Shown in pieces: positions 1 through 12,300 of a stretch of 64,000 bases of DNA; the stretch's first letter is position 1; each line of letters begins with the position of its first letter. Both the position numbers and the translations under genes were made by a program. Below the pieces are notes generated by a model. The model saw only the letters and a list, made by a program, of their open reading frames with translations, was not told the DNA's origin and did not search any database. Source of the DNA: Amphiscolops sp. MND2022 (taxonomy: Eukaryota). Location: the NCBI GenBank assembly GCA_964187785.1, contig OZ076409.1, positions 55,306,001 through 55,370,000 of the forward strand, given 5' to 3'.

Positions 1-160
1 CATATGATTCCATTCAAAGGATTATAATGCAGACATGATTGCTAGGATTCCTTCGATAAATTGCGTTGATCCCATGTTGGATCCATGTTTCAAGAGCATG
101 AACGCCTTGTGAATTTTATTTTTTTTTCTAAAGTAGTTTAGTAATGTCTAGTTTACACAC

Positions 161-380
161 CTGTATCCATTTGGCTGAGAGCTGTCGAGAACACAGTCAG
201 AGTTGCTTGGGCAGGGTTCATCGGCGCAGTCATCTTCCTTGACACAGATCTGCTGGTTGTTTGAGTCCAAGTCGGCTTTGTAGCCAGAATAGCAGTCGCA
301 TACGTACTCACTTGCAGACACCCTCATGCATTGACCTCCGGGCTGGCACAACTCGGGGGTCCTTTCGCAGGGGTCGGGGG
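161..380 (-). CDS. Exon, EGF + first half of EGF (SPDPCERTPELC...DDCADEPCPSNSDC...NGYR)
   Basis: ttttag / gtgtgt, 220 nt, phase 1-2; the gene continues off the left edge. Confidence 0.88.
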
Positions 381-3300
381 CTAAAAGGTCAGCACGCGTT
401 AACAGCAAACTATATCATGATTTTATATGAGAAAAAGTAGCAGTGATTATTTGGGGAGGCTGAGAGGTCGTTTCATGGATCATTGAAAATGGAATTTTCT
501 AGATCAAATACCATTAGAAATGGATACATTCGCAATTCACACCAACCGACTATAAATAAAAAACACCGAATTCCTTTAGTATATCTAAAATGTATATCTA
601 TTATAAAAAAGTAGTATGGATAAGATAAAAGTAACCAGGTTGACCTCCATACAAAAAAATCCCAATCAAAAAGTCATATTGGGTGATTTATGGAAACAGT
701 TCAGTATTAAAAAGACTATGCAAAAACCAAATCCATCCAAGTCAAAAACGGTCATACTATGGACATGTTATGAAGAACACGTTTTCCATACTATGTTCCT
801 CCTATGGAACGAAAGGCTTCGATATTCTGTTTATGTCAAGGAAAACATCAAGCACGATTTTCACAGTGAAGACTTAATGAGCGGAAATCATAACTCCTAG
901 GAAGATCCTTCCATCCTTATTAGATGAATTGTGAGAAAATAAACGGTATTTTGAGTGATCTTTTGTTCTTTGTTGGTTTTACTTCGTTTCCTCTGGATCT
1001 GCTTCTTTTTAGCGAGTCAGCATTGTTCACGGGCAAAAATGAACTTTTCGAGGTCCCGACATGTTTTTGTTGGATCTCGAAAACCAACAGTGTTATCAGA
1101 TTAGCATTTTAATTCTGGGCCAGAAGTACCAAGCTTCAATACCTGTAGATCTGACGAAGAAGTGTTAGGATCAGACACTGAAATTTCAATTGACCAACAA
1201 TCATGAATAAAAGATGGAGTTTTCCGAGAACCTGAAGTGATATTTTGATGGCGCACACACAAAACTCGAGCATTGACTTTAGTGGTCTTTGCATTGTTTG
1301 TCTGCTTTGCCTCCCGCTCTCCGATACTGCTGTTTTTAGTCGGCGTTTCGAAGAAAATGCTCGACTCTTACAGTGGCTAGTTTTTTTTCGTCAGTTCAAC
1401 GCGATCATTCCACTTTTTCGTTCATTTGTTTAACATCATCAACTTGAACTACGGACGTCCAAAACATACTCGAAACGCTAGAATTTCGTCCAAAACAAAA
1501 ACATCGACGTCCAGAACCTCGAAAACATAGGATCCCCTTTGGTGTTTTTCACTCGGATTTTTTCGGCACTATGTGACTTTTTTTGAATCTTTTTGGATTC
1601 CACCAAAGGGTCTCACCTTCGTTTGTTTCGATATTTTGCAACACAATGGATGTCAAGAAATCCCAAAGGGTCCACCTTTTACATTTTTCGACACTGTTCA
1701 AAAATCCCGGCTTGTTACATTTTCATATGTGTCAGCAGAACATGCATAGCTAGCGTACAGTTGGTTCTTATCGCTGCAAAGATTACGTAATACGATTCAA
1801 CGCGTTCAAAACAATGACTACACAAACGCTTCAAAAACTAAACTTGCTTGATCTTACTGATGGAAATTCTGTTCGATCTTTATTTCAAGAATTGATACAA
1901 CTTATTGATAATCAAAAAGACGAGATTACTAAATTACGAACTGATTATGATGAACTTAAAAACGAAAAGGACGAACTGGGAAAAAGAATAACGAAAATGG
2001 AACGATACTCTTCTTATATGTGTCTGACATTCCATGGTATTCGAGATGGTGGTGAGTACCCGGTACATAAAATTGTGGAAATCATCAGGTCAGTACATAT
2101 TCCAATCGAGCCTTGTGATATTGCAGCATGTCATTATCTTCCCGGTGATGGGAGAAACAAACCAATTATCGTTAAATTTCTTTACAATCATCAACGTGAT
2201 AAAGTTTGGAAACAACGTAATTCTTTTTTTGATCCCCAAACAAAGTCAATTATTTATGTCAACGAAAGGCTTGCTGAAAATGATCACGACGTTTACAACT
2301 ACTGTAGAAAAGAAAAACACTTCATAACAGCTACTCACAAAAATCAAGTACGAGTCAAGGTTTCGGAACATGATAAAACATGGTACCCGGTGGACAGCCG
2401 TATACAAGCTGATGCTATTGGGAACAAAATGGTCTCCTCAAGCGAGCTCACTGAGTGGAGCATGGAAAAATATCCCACTAACGAAGTGAACATGGATGAA
2501 AAGAAAACACCGGCCAAACGAAATCGACACGTTGCATTTAATTCTCCCTCAAACGAGAAACAACCTGATCAGAGTGACAAGCTGGATAAATTATTCAATC
2601 TCACTGAGAAACTTTTTACGTTACTGGTAGAGAAACAGTCGCCGCCATCAAAAAAAGCTGCAAACCAAGACGAACGCAATAAAGAATCTAATGGAAGCAG
2701 TGATTGAGAATCCTGAAACAAAAATTCTGAAATGTCAGCTATTTCTTTTCATGATGAAGCACCAAAAAGATCAACCATTTTAGGCCTAAACGTTCAATCT
2801 TTGAGATTCCATCAACCTGACTTAGCTTTGCTTCTCGATACGATGACAAGTAAACCTGACATTATATTATTAACGGAAACTTGGTTAACTGAAAATGACC
2901 CTATAGATAAGTTGAACATCAAAAGCTATCAACCTTTTGAATCAAAACCTCAAACTTTTTCTAAACGAAAGTCGGGCGGTGTAGGAGCATATTTTTCAGA
3001 GGCATGTGAGTATCAGTCGATCAATTTTGAAACTGTTATCGAATGCGCAATATACCAAGTGACATTTTTTGATAAAAAGATGGTTTTTTGTGTTTTATAT
3101 AGACCCGAGACATTCAGACTAGCCAGATTTTTCGAGGAATTGGAGAAACTACTGTATTTCTTAAGTTCAATGAACCAGGAAATTTTAATCTTCGGAGATT
3201 TCAACATCGACACACTGAAAGACGAGAAAGCTCAACGAGATTACAAAAATCCGCTAAGTGCTTATAATCTAGGAATAAGAAATTTCGAGCCAACACGGGT

Positions 3301-6300
3301 AACACCGACGTCAAAAACGTGTATCGATCATTTTATTACAACTAATTCAATTGAAACTGAAACCTTGCAAACAACAATAAGCGATCATTTCACGGTTTCC
3401 GCTCAAGTATCTCATAATTCAGCAAACAAACAACATGATCCACCATGTGCTAAAGTTCGGAATTTAAAAAACCTTAAAGGGGAAAAGGCACTAAATTTTC
3501 TCTTTCTTCTCGATCAAAAGTTGAAAAAACTCCCACAACATATGAATGCAAATGATTACATGGACGCATTGGCAAAAACAATCATGGAAACAGTAGATAA
3601 ATTTGCACCTGAAAAGCGTGCTGAGAATAATAAAAAACATTTCAAGGAGACTTGGATCACTAACGAAATCAAAAATGCAATTGTAAAAAGGAATATTTTG
3701 TTCGAAAAATGGATTCAAAATCCCGCAAAAACGAATCGCGAACGATACAAAACTGCACGTAATAACGTTACCAAATTATTCCGAAAATAAAAAAGAAACG
3801 AAAATTTCAAAAAACTGGGGGAAAATCCAACACCCAAGCAAATCTACAAAACGTTGAAAACGAAGAAAAATCAGGCAGAAAACGCAAATAATCTCCCTGA
3901 CGTTGAAATTTTAAATAATTATTTTCTTTCTGTCGGGTCACTTTTGTCCAAAAAAATTCAAGAAACATCTTCAACTTTCCCTATTGAAATGCAACCAAAG
4001 ACTATGCACTTGAGCGAAACTAATGAACAGGAGATTTCCAAGATCTTATGCAAAATGAAAAACAAGAAGAGTGCAGGTTATGATGGAATCTCAAACGAAA
4101 TTTTGAAATGTTGTTCTCCCATCATTGAATGCTATCTTGCAAAAGCCGTAAACAAATGCATAACAGAAGAAATTTTTCCCGAATGTTTGAAAGTATCGAA
4201 GGTCATTCCTTTGCACAAGAAAGGTGATAAAAAAGAACCAGGAAACTACAGACCTATCAGTTTGTTAAGCCCCTTGAGCAAAGTTTTTGAATCAGTTCTC
4301 CTTAAAAGGATGTTAGGCTTTAGTGAAAAGTGTAAACTCCTATCTTTAAATCAGTTCGGTTTCAGACCTAAAAAGTCATGTATCCACGCGATCGCTAAAA
4401 TTACTGAGTATATCAGAGATTCAATTGATAGAAAGGAAACAGGACAAGCCTGCTTCGTCGATTTGAGTAAAGCATTTGACACGATTGATCATTCAATTTT
4501 ATTACGCAAACTGGAAATAAATGGTTTCAGAGGAAAAATTTTCAACCTAATTGAAACGTTCTTAACCAACCGATTACAATACATTGACTCTCTTGACAAG
4601 ACATCAAAGAAAGGTAAAGTTTTATGTGGTGTTCCACAAGGATCAGTGCTAGGCCCTTTTCTTTTTCTACTGTATATTAATGACCTAGACAATGCTTGCA
4701 CCGAAAGTTCTTTAACAATGTTCGCGGACGACACGACAGTTATCAAAGCAGGTCGTAGAACTGATTCTCTTATCCGCAAAGATGTGAAAGTAATGACCCA
4801 TTGGTTCGATGCTAACAAATTGACAATCAATGTCGATAAATGTGAAGCGATTCATTTTGGAAGGGGCATACCTGATGAAGTTCAGATCAAAGATAACCAT
4901 TTACATTACAAACCCTGTTGCAAATATTTAGGTGTTTACATTGATCCAACGCTGACTTTCAGAGACCACATAGATTATGTTGTGAAAAAACTGAATAAAT
5001 TCTGCGGTTTAATTTACCACGTAAGGCATCTGTACCCTAAAAAATGTTTGTTAATGTTTTACAACGCGTATGCTAAATCGATCATAACATATGGCTTATT
5101 AATTTACGGAGCCGCGGCCAAAACTAATCTATCTAGAATTGAGAGTGTACAAAGAAGAATTCTACGAGCTATTTTTTTCAGAAAACGACAAGATTCATTG
5201 CAAGAAATACTTGCTGTGAACAAAATCAATACTGTCTACGAGCTTTTCTTGAACGAAGTGGTTTCTGAAGTTTTCAAAGAAATGAGATCTGATTCTCCAT
5301 TGAAATTACTAGACTTTGAAAAATTGCCCAAGTCCAACACGACAACAAGATGGAACTCGAAAGGAGTTTTCGCTCCAATTGCGTCTCGAACTGTAGTAAA
5401 AAAAATGTTTATCAAATTCATTAATGAAAGCTTATAATTGGTTGACTGAATTGAACCTAATACCCCCTAACTTGCTAAATTTGAGCCAAGAGCAATTGAA
5501 AAAACATCTAAAACTTGTCAACGACCTGTACATCACTGACAATAAAGAACTTTTTTGTCTCTATTTTTGTGCCTAAAACATTTAACCGAGCAAGATAGCA
5601 TGCAAGTTGGTGCTTCTATTATATGCAAAAAGGGCACTAGCTCGAAGAGCAATTATGCTCATCTGGTGTCCTAACTGGATAAATTGAATGATAAATAATT
5701 ATTTGTATTATTTTGTTTCATGCTATCCAGTTAAATAAATTTCTTCTTCTTCTTCTTCTTCTTCTTCTGTCCGCCGTATTTCAGTTGGCCTTCATTTTCA
5801 CCAAATGATTGGACTAGTGGTTCTGACGTGAGTCAAAGATCCTCTCAAGCATTCAAACTTTTTGAACATAAAATGTTTTTTCAATGGCTGCGAGTTTCCA
5901 TATATGAACACATAGTATGATTTGCATGAGAGGTCAACCCGGATATATAAGTTATGAACTGCATTGTTAATCTCTGCAATTTTTTTTCTGCGTTCCGGAT
6001 TTTCAATTTAAAAAGTAGTTTTATTTTAAATGGAGCCTAATAATCAATAATACTCAAGTAGTCATGTAAAATTCAAAATGATCTGAAAATTTCGACTTCT
6101 CATACAGTGTGCAAATTTGCAGTACGTCACTGTTATAACGTTTTTTTTTAAAGTGAAAAGTAATTTGGATGACACTCACATATACAGTCGATGGTTCCAT
6201 CTGCATTGTCTATTTGTTGGAACTCAGGTTTACACACGCATCTGTAGCTGTCGATAAGGTCGACACATAGCTGGTCACCTGTACAATCTGAGCTTTCATC

Positions 6301-9300
6301 GCACTCGTTTATGTCTGAAATTATCAAGATTACACAAAAAAGTACCCTTTGATAAATTCTATGATGAACCTATGACGAAAAACAGTACATATGATTTTTT
6401 CACAAAAGTTTTTTTGACTTTGATCAAGTTATGAAAAAAGCATGATTATCACTGACGTCAAAGTCAAAAACCATTCCATCTTAATTTCAAAAACTGAGTT
6501 GATCAATTTCATAAAGACATGATGCCATTCAGGTAGTGAAAACATCAATATAAAAACAGGAGTTTCCGATTTTTCAAAAAATCATGCACTAGGTTTTTGA
6601 TAGGATCACTACATAGTGTCAGTTATTATTACTTTACTTCTAGTCATTCAACAATGGATAACTTCAAACGTCCTTCAAGAACTTCTTTGAAGTACCTTGG
6701 AGACATGGTTTTACCTCTAGAGGACCTTCAAAGGATTTCATCGATCTTTGAAAGAACTTTCGAGGCATCCATTGACCTTCACGGGACGTTGTAGCCTGAT
6801 GCATGGATAACTGATTTTGTTTATTTGGTAAAGTAGCAACGTTTTGTTCTAAGTTAGCTGATTTAGCTCTTTACTCTGGACGGTTTATGGCTCATTCGGA
6901 GGTAAAGAAAGTTTGCAACGATAGCTGTTTATTTTATCCCCTCAACCTCCGAAAAAAATCGAGTTCGTTGAATCGTCGTTGGAAGCGCCTCAAAAATATG
7001 AGCCCCTTCATATAGTGTTTTCAGCAGTATTTGCATTTATTCATCGAGTTCTGAACAGTAACGTTGATTTTAATTGAAATTACCTCACTTTTTTAACATC
7101 TGCTGAGGAAAAATATATTCTTTTGAAATTCCTGCGAGGGAGACATTCTTTTCTTGGAAGTTTCTTGAAAAGACCTTCGAGTAGCTGTGCTGTCTTCAAG
7201 GATATTTAAAGATATGTGCCATGTACAAGGATCCTCAAAGATTCTTCGAAGGTACCCTTTCTTGAAAACGAGATTGATATCTTTGAATATGATTGATCGC
7301 ACTGTACGACAGAGAGTTTTGAATGGTGACCTTTGCGCGAATAACGTCTAAAATGTTTCGGGAATAACCTATAAAGGAATAACATCTGAAATTCAATGTG
7401 TTAAGATTGGGAATGAACATGAATTGGTTCTGGACGTTATTGCTTAGACGTTATACCCCTCTCCGAATTGCGAAACTACCATGTAATGTTTTCGATGGTC
7501 ATGGCAAATGAAAGTGATTGCTTTCAAGTTCACCTGCAAAACTTTTCCGCCTATGTAATTGCTTCTTGTCTTCTACTAACTCATGCATCTGTTATTGTCG
7601 TCTTTCCTGTATCCAGACAAGCAGTCGCACTCGAAACTTCCATCAGTGTCTCTGCACTCAGAGTTGGAGTTCATGCAGTTGTCTATGTTTTCTGTGCACT
7701 CGTCCACGTTGACACAGCTGGCTGGGCTCTGGGACTCATCCAGGTCATATCCTTCATCACATTCGCACCTGTAGTCATCATGAAAATGATCTCATTCATT
7801 TCCTTTCCACTGAATTGTGTAGCTCTGAGTCATTCAAGAATTCCGTGATGGTAAAACTGAATCCCAATAAACTCGATTTTATGTTTCCTGCTGGGGTTGC
7901 TATTGAACTTCTTTCTTTATGAAACGCTATTTTTGATACCCTGCAATTTTTCGATTCAACGTATTTTTTTTTGAAATATCAAACAATAACTATTGTGCTA
8001 GGTGCTAGAAATCTGTATAAAACCAACACACAATGCTTCAAACATGATATTTATGGTGTCCAAAAGTTTCTCCTTTCCATTGAATTGAAGAATATATAAA
8101 GTCAGATTTCGTGATACAAGCATTTTTTTTCGAAAATTCGTTTTATAAGTTCACCTGTATCCTCCTTGAGTGTTGATGCAATTCATGTTTTCGCCCAGAC
8201 AGTAGGGTTCTGCTCGGAACACTTCGCACTCGTTAATGTCGACACAGCTGTCGCCTGATCTATAGAAACCCGAGTTGCACACGCATTCGAACGAATTGCG
8301 AGTGTTTTCGCAGCTGGAGTGTTCGCCACAGTTGTGCAGTCCCAGAGTGCATTCGTCAATTTCTGTTCAAAATTTTGGATTCACTAATTTTCGGGTGTTT
8401 CATAGTTTTTGAGATTTTTTTGTTTCATTTTTTATGGAAAACTTCAAAACAATGAAGACTTTTTACTACACTTCAAACTTCTAAAGCTCCGGTAATTTTA
8501 CGAAGCGGAACTAAGATTTAGAGTTAAAGTTTGTGATTTCCAGGGGCGGAACAAGACGTCATTTCCCGTTTTTATTTGGTATTTTAATTAGTTAATTTTA
8601 TTTTTTTAACTGCTGGATCTACCCAATTACAGTAATTATTCTACTATTCTATTCTGGTTAACACAAAAAACGATTGAAATCTTTCAGTATCCCATCATAA
8701 ATGATTTGGAGATTTTAATTTCCGATTTTTGTCATTTTTTGAAGAACATTTTCTTGAAATAGAAGAGCATTCACTATTTTGTTGAATTACCAAAAAGTTT
8801 TGAAATGTCCCAAATAATCGTACTGTAGAAAAGTGAATAGGAAGACAACTTTCGGCTTGACTGTATAGAAAAAGCTTACCTTCACATCTTCCGCTGTCTC
8901 GCAAGTTGAATCCCTCTTCACACGAGCACAAATATCCACCCTCAGTGTTGGTGCAGTAATGCTGGCAGTTGTTTACATCCAGGCCACACTCATCGATGTC
9001 TGACAAAAGTCACATTATGATGAACATGAACATGAACATAGAGTGAAAACCGAACAGTAGAGTAACGGGTATGTCCACAAATTAATGACAATTTGAAGGG
9101 ACAAATTTCAATGTCTGCAGATATCAGCATAAAATGGAAGATAATGCATTATTCTTACAGACTCATGCACGAATTAAACAAAAGGCTGATCTAGGAAAAA
9201 ACTTGATCCATGTAATGGAAGATTCCATCTCATCCAATATCTGTTCGATAATTTTGAAAAGAAATGTCTGCAAGTTTTGTTAGAACCTAGCAAAAAGTGA

Positions 9301-12300
9301 CGAGTCTCGTACAACGTATGTCTGAGATGTAGAAAATTTGAACAATTGTTGCAGACAGTGCCTAATATTTTCATTTTCTATAGTTCTATAGATTTTTTTC
9401 TATAGATATTTTCCATAGATTCTTGCAATATTTGAATGCATGCATACACTTTTGCAAGAATCATGCAAAATCCAGAATATCAGTGTAGGGGGACTGTAAC
9501 GGCTGCTTGATCCCTTCAATTGACCAAACTTTACGCCGCCCTGAATTCGGTGCTCGGCACTGCGGATCGTTACCGAACACTGCTTGCTTCGTAGATTAAA
9601 AGGACTGTATCTTGACTTAGTAGGATCCAATGATCCCGAATTGCACTTCTTCCTTGTCTCTTAACACGTCCAACTCTCCACAAGTTGAGAGTAACTAACT
9701 TAGTCGCCCTAAGTCTTTGGCGAAAAGTCGAAAAGAGGTGAAGAAATGAATTGAGAATTGAAATGGTCCTAAGACCCAACTTGACTACAGCTATTCAGTC
9801 GTTAAAATCTCTATCGCATAATGGTATACATGTGGTTTACAATTCTACAGTAAATATAGAACAAATATTAGTTGAAATATGTTGTATAAATAAATGACAT
9901 TTAAAGCATAAAATGAAGTTATTGGCTAAGTAAACAAACTATAAGGTGGTTTTGGCATGTTGGTCAGGTGGGTTAGAAAGTATGTTTACACAATGTAAAT
10001 ATCAGTAATTTCAACAGAGATGAATTTCCTTCAAGGTCATATGAGAGAATCACATAATAATTGATACATCAAAATTGGGTAATTCATGGGGTCCGACCTA
10101 GGTCTCTTTGGGTGTTAATAGCTCTGAACCCAGGGGAGATACGGGGTAGCTTGTTACGAGTGAAAAGTTAGGGAAGCACCACCACTATATGTGTGCCAAG
10201 TTTCAGGGTGATTGAGTGAGCGGTTTACCGGGACGGGGGGGGTGGTGTTTTATTACATAGGGTCATTTTTGCTTAGACTTGTATTTTTCCATCTAAAATC
10301 TTGATAAATTTTCTAAGTCTTTTGAGTTGTAAGTTTCATCAGTCACGTTCGAATTTGAGTTTCTGATCTCGCAATTGACTGGCGGCAACATTGCCGGCCC
10401 TGTTTTTCTCCCGAAAAACACTTTCGTAGAACATGGGTGCCAGTTTCACTACTGGTCTTTTGAGTTTGCCATCTTTTGTCACAACAGTCGCAGATCTGAC
10501 TCTGCCATCGCTTCCTTCTTGTACTTCCAACACTCTGGCCATCTTGTAGTTGGACCTTTTCACGTTTTCATCCACGACCCAAACCAAATCATTCACTTTC
10601 AGTTGTCTCACATCATCGTTGTTCCACTTATTACGCACGTTCCATTCTGGCAGATACTCTTTAGTCCATCTGGTCCAGATCATATCTGAATAAGCTTGCG
10701 ACACTCGGAATACCCGTCTCAAGTCTGTGTAACGTTGAGCGTCCGGTAGGAAGGGTGTGGCTAAATTAGCTCGTCCCAACAGGAAGTGATTAGGAGTCAG
10801 AGCTTCCAAGTCATCTGGGTCATCACTAACACTTGTCAGTGGTCTAGCATTCAACGTCTGCTCTACTAGGCACATAGTTGTTATGAGAACGTCGTCTGTC
10901 AAGGATCGTCCATCCAATACAGCTATCATCGCCTTTTTACAACTTCGGACCAACCGTTCCCAGATTCCTCCGAAGTGAGGGGCTCCAGGAGGGTTGAATT
11001 TCCACTTGATGTCCTTTTGAGCTAAAGACTTCTCAATGTCTGACTGATTCCATACATTTATACAATCTCTCATTTCTTTGGCTGCACCCACGAAGTTCGT
11101 CCCATTATCGCTCAATATTGTAGCAGGTTTGCCTCTCCGGGCAATAAACCGTGTGATAGCAGTTAAGCAGGTTTCTGCTTCCAAAGATGGAACAACTTCG
11201 ATATGTACTGCTCTAGTCGTCAAACAGGTGAAGAGACAGCACCATCTCTTCATAGTCTTACGCATGAACTTCACTTCAAAGGGACCAAAATAATCAACTC
11301 CAGTGTTGGTAAAGGGGAACACTCGTTCCTGCAATCTTTCTCGTGGTAAATCAGCCATAAATGGTTGAGACACTCCCGCTCGTTGCTTTCTACATTTAAC
11401 ACATTTCGCTTTGACGCTCCTCAGAGCGTTTCGCAATCCAATAATCCAGTATTCTTGTCTTAGAACACTTCTGACGTATTCTGTGCCTTCATGAAAATTC
11501 GCTTGATGTGCATCTTCAATCAACTTGATGACAACATAATGCTTTGCTGACAACAAGATTGGGTGTTTGATTTCAAAACTTGACTTTGAATGTTGCAGTC
11601 GACCTTGTAGTCGTAGCAACCCATTTTCGTCCAGAAACGGCGATAGTTTATTCAATTGATCTGAAGCCGACAACGGCTGCCCTTTGTAGATCTTCTCGTA
11701 GGCATCATGAAAACTTTCCTTCTGACAACGCTTCAAAACTACCAGTCTTGCCGCATTGAGTTCTTCAACTGTCAGTATTCCTTCGGATTTCTTTTTCCTC
11801 CATCTAAGGCAGTATGACAGCACTCGAATCATTTTCTTGAAAGACCCAAATCTTTCCCATTCGAATGCTGGTTCCATTACGGCAGCTTCCATGACTGGTT
11901 CAGGCTCTTCTCGAATGCTAAATTGCAACTTTTCAGGCGCCTTAGGCCAGGCGTCTTCTGTCTCGGTGAGCCACGCCGGCCCTGTAAGCCACTCACTTTC
12001 CTTTAGGGCTTCCACTGTCATTCCTCGAGTTCCATTGTCAGCAGGATTCAGTTTTCCTTCAACATGCCGCCATTGATCGATAGTTGAATTTTCGAGAATT
12101 TCAGCAACGCGGTTTGCCACAAAGACCGGTTGTTTGTTGTTACTTGCGTGAAGCCATTGTAGGACCGTCGTTGAATCTGTCCAATGTACAATTTGGTTTA
12201 CTTCAATATCATGTTCTTCCAAAATGAGCTCTCGCAGTCTTACTCCAAAAACTGCTGCCTGCATCTCCAACTTAGCCACTGTCATGTTTCGTATTGGAGC

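Larger units (their letters stand above)
1698..5767 (+). mobile_element. Full-length non-LTR retrotransposon (CR1/L2 group), antisense to the host gene
   Basis: ORF1 + APE endonuclease/RT ORF2, 3' UTR stem-loop, AATAAA and (TTC)9 tail at 5741-5767; 5' boundary approximate (possible CTGT duplication at 1694-1697 / 5767-5770). Confidence 0.9.
634..5943. mobile_element. TA-flanked MITE (about 1.2 kb without the insert) interrupted by the LINE
   Basis: TIRs accaggttgacctc (634-647) and gaggtcaacccgga (5930-5943), TA on both flanks; catactatg/catagtatg motifs shared with the 38041-38892 element. Confidence 0.6.

Noticed and set aside
8155..8362. Possible integrin-binding RGD motif
   Set aside because: The sequence is R-S-G-D, not RGD.
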